In this document: positions 62,802 through 64,000 of the stretch, one piece after another
How the letters are laid out: the number at the start of each line of letters is the position of its first letter
How positions within the stretch are numbered: the stretch's first letter is position 1
From: a virus
Taxonomy: Duplodnaviria > Heunggongvirae > Uroviricota > Caudoviricetes
Virus record (IMG/VR): IMGVR_UViG_3300027806_000037
Span: 1-64,000 of that record
Length of the DNA: 64,000 bases
Direction: 5' to 3' (one strand)
Position numbers and translations under genes: made by a program
The notes under the pieces: generated by a model
The model's database searches: none
The model's input: only the letters and a program-made list of their open reading frames with translations
Told to the model about the DNA's origin: nothing

Positions 62802-63179
62802 ATGAGTAACATTATCATAACAGAGAAACAACTTGAGCTTTTAATCAATGAAGCGTCAATTGGTAGTGATATTACCAACTTAAGACTTGGTAATATTGCA
62901 AAGGGTTTGAAGGGTGTTTGGAGAGGAGAAGGTTATGATTATTTTAGTTACCTCAATACATTAAAAAATGTTCTTAAAAAGTTAGATAAGGTTGATAAAC
63001 CAAATGAATCTATATTAAATGAATTGGATAAAATTAAATCATCATTATCTGGTTCAAAAATGCCACAAAGTAAAAAGAATAATATAATAAATGCGATTGA
63101 TGCTGCAAAATCAAATTTTTTACAATATCGTGCAATAATCGACCAATTAACTAAAAAGTTGGAAAATAAGTTGGATTAA
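62802..63179 (+). CDS. hypothetical protein
   Basis: 125-aa ORF. Confidence 0.45.
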   Translation: MSNIIITEKQLELLINEASIGSDITNLRLGNIAKGLKGVWRGEGYDYFSYLNTLKNVLKKLDKVDKPNESILNELDKIKSSLSGSKMPQSKKNNIINAIDAAKSNFLQYRAIIDQLTKKLENKLD

Positions 63180-64000
63180 TGATGACTAATCGTAAAAAAA
63201 TTATAATTACTGAATCTCAATATAAACGGTTACTTTTTGAACAAAAAAATACTGTTAAAATTACAGATAATGTTTTATCAAAAGTATTTCAAGATGATGA
63301 TGAAAAATTATTTAATAAGTTTCTTAACAAAAGAAATTATAATGAAATAATATTTCCATTCGATGATTATGAAATTGTTACTCCAAATATAAGTAAATTA
63401 CCTGATAATATGATTTTTGAGGATAATTTAGTTTTAAATTTACCTAATCTAGAGAAATTACCAGAAAATTTAACGATTAACGGTAACTTACACGTTTCTG
63501 CACCGAAAGTGACTGAATTACCTGAAAGTCTAACTGTTGATGGTTATCTAATAATAATTGATACTGGAATCGTATTAGATGCTGAACAAACAAATTTCGT
63601 AAAAGAAAATATTGGTTCGGAGGGTATTTTCTCAAAAAATAATCTAAAGGTAACTATTGAAATTGATTTGATTGATTCGGCGGGTTATTTAAATGTTGGT
63701 AGAGATTATTCTGATGAAATTTTTAATAGAATTTTTGGTGATGATTATTTTGAATGGTTTAGTTATTATGATGGTTTTGATTTAAAATCAACTATGGATT
63801 ATTATGTTGATAGAAATAATGAATCAAAAATTGAAGAAATTGTTCAGAAATATATTGAAACAAATAATATGTTTGAGGAAACTGAAGACATGGATTTAAC
63901 TGAAAAAATAGATTATCTTGATCTTGATGAAATTAAAGATGCTTTAGCGTCCGCTGAAATGGATGCAACAAATTCTGAATATCAAAATTCACTTATACGA
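63180..64000 (+). CDS. hypothetical protein, 3-prime partial (runs off window)
   Basis: ATG at 63180 (MMTNRKKIIITESQYK...); open to the window end, with LPxNL-type short repeats. Confidence 0.45.

Overview
The window is AT-rich (roughly 30% GC), gene-dense and almost entirely transcribed on the + strand. It carries about 150 mostly small ORFs, many with their own promoter. Promoters match the Bacteroidetes -7 consensus TAnnTTTG, typically as TnTnnTTTGyAT followed by an A-rich leader without a Shine-Dalgarno sequence (CAAACCAAAAC...ATG). One protein has a T9SS-type C-terminal sorting domain. No capsid, tail or terminase genes are visible. The best overall reading is an early/accessory region of a large phage, or phage-like element, of a Bacteroidetes (Flavobacteriia-like) host. 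Main recognisable content: (1) A tRNA cluster. tRNA-Leu(UAA) is split by a group I intron (P/Q/R/S elements visible). tRNA-Arg(UCU) follows. A CAU-anticodon tRNA sits directly downstream of a truncated tilS. (2) A shortened IleRS-like class I aminoacyl-tRNA synthetase. (3) A tRNA-binding OB domain fused to an RNA ligase. (4) An HD-domain small alarmone hydrolase, a SLOG-family protein and a calcineurin-like phosphoesterase. (5) A tyrosine recombinase whose 5-prime end lies in a 94-bp sequence repeated exactly 29.6 kb downstream. Each copy is preceded by an array of small ORFs individually bracketed by a family of imperfect palindromic elements (core ATAACGGTTG ... CTTGTTATG). One bracketed ORF is strongly GC-rich and looks foreign, so the arrangement resembles an integron-like cassette array. 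(6) HNH endonuclease, DUF932, SPFH, paired AT-hook mini-proteins and lipoproteins. (7) An island at 52.0-55.7 kb with G/C homopolymer runs, iteron-like repeats and tandem paralogs. (8) A minus-strand NadM-like NMN adenylyltransferase plus P-loop kinase pair. Coordinates I derived by hand (tRNAs, small ORFs, repeats) may be off by 1-2 nt. ORF-track coordinates are used where available. Several track ORFs begin at TTG/GTG, and I moved starts to the first ATG downstream of the conserved promoter where that was clear.
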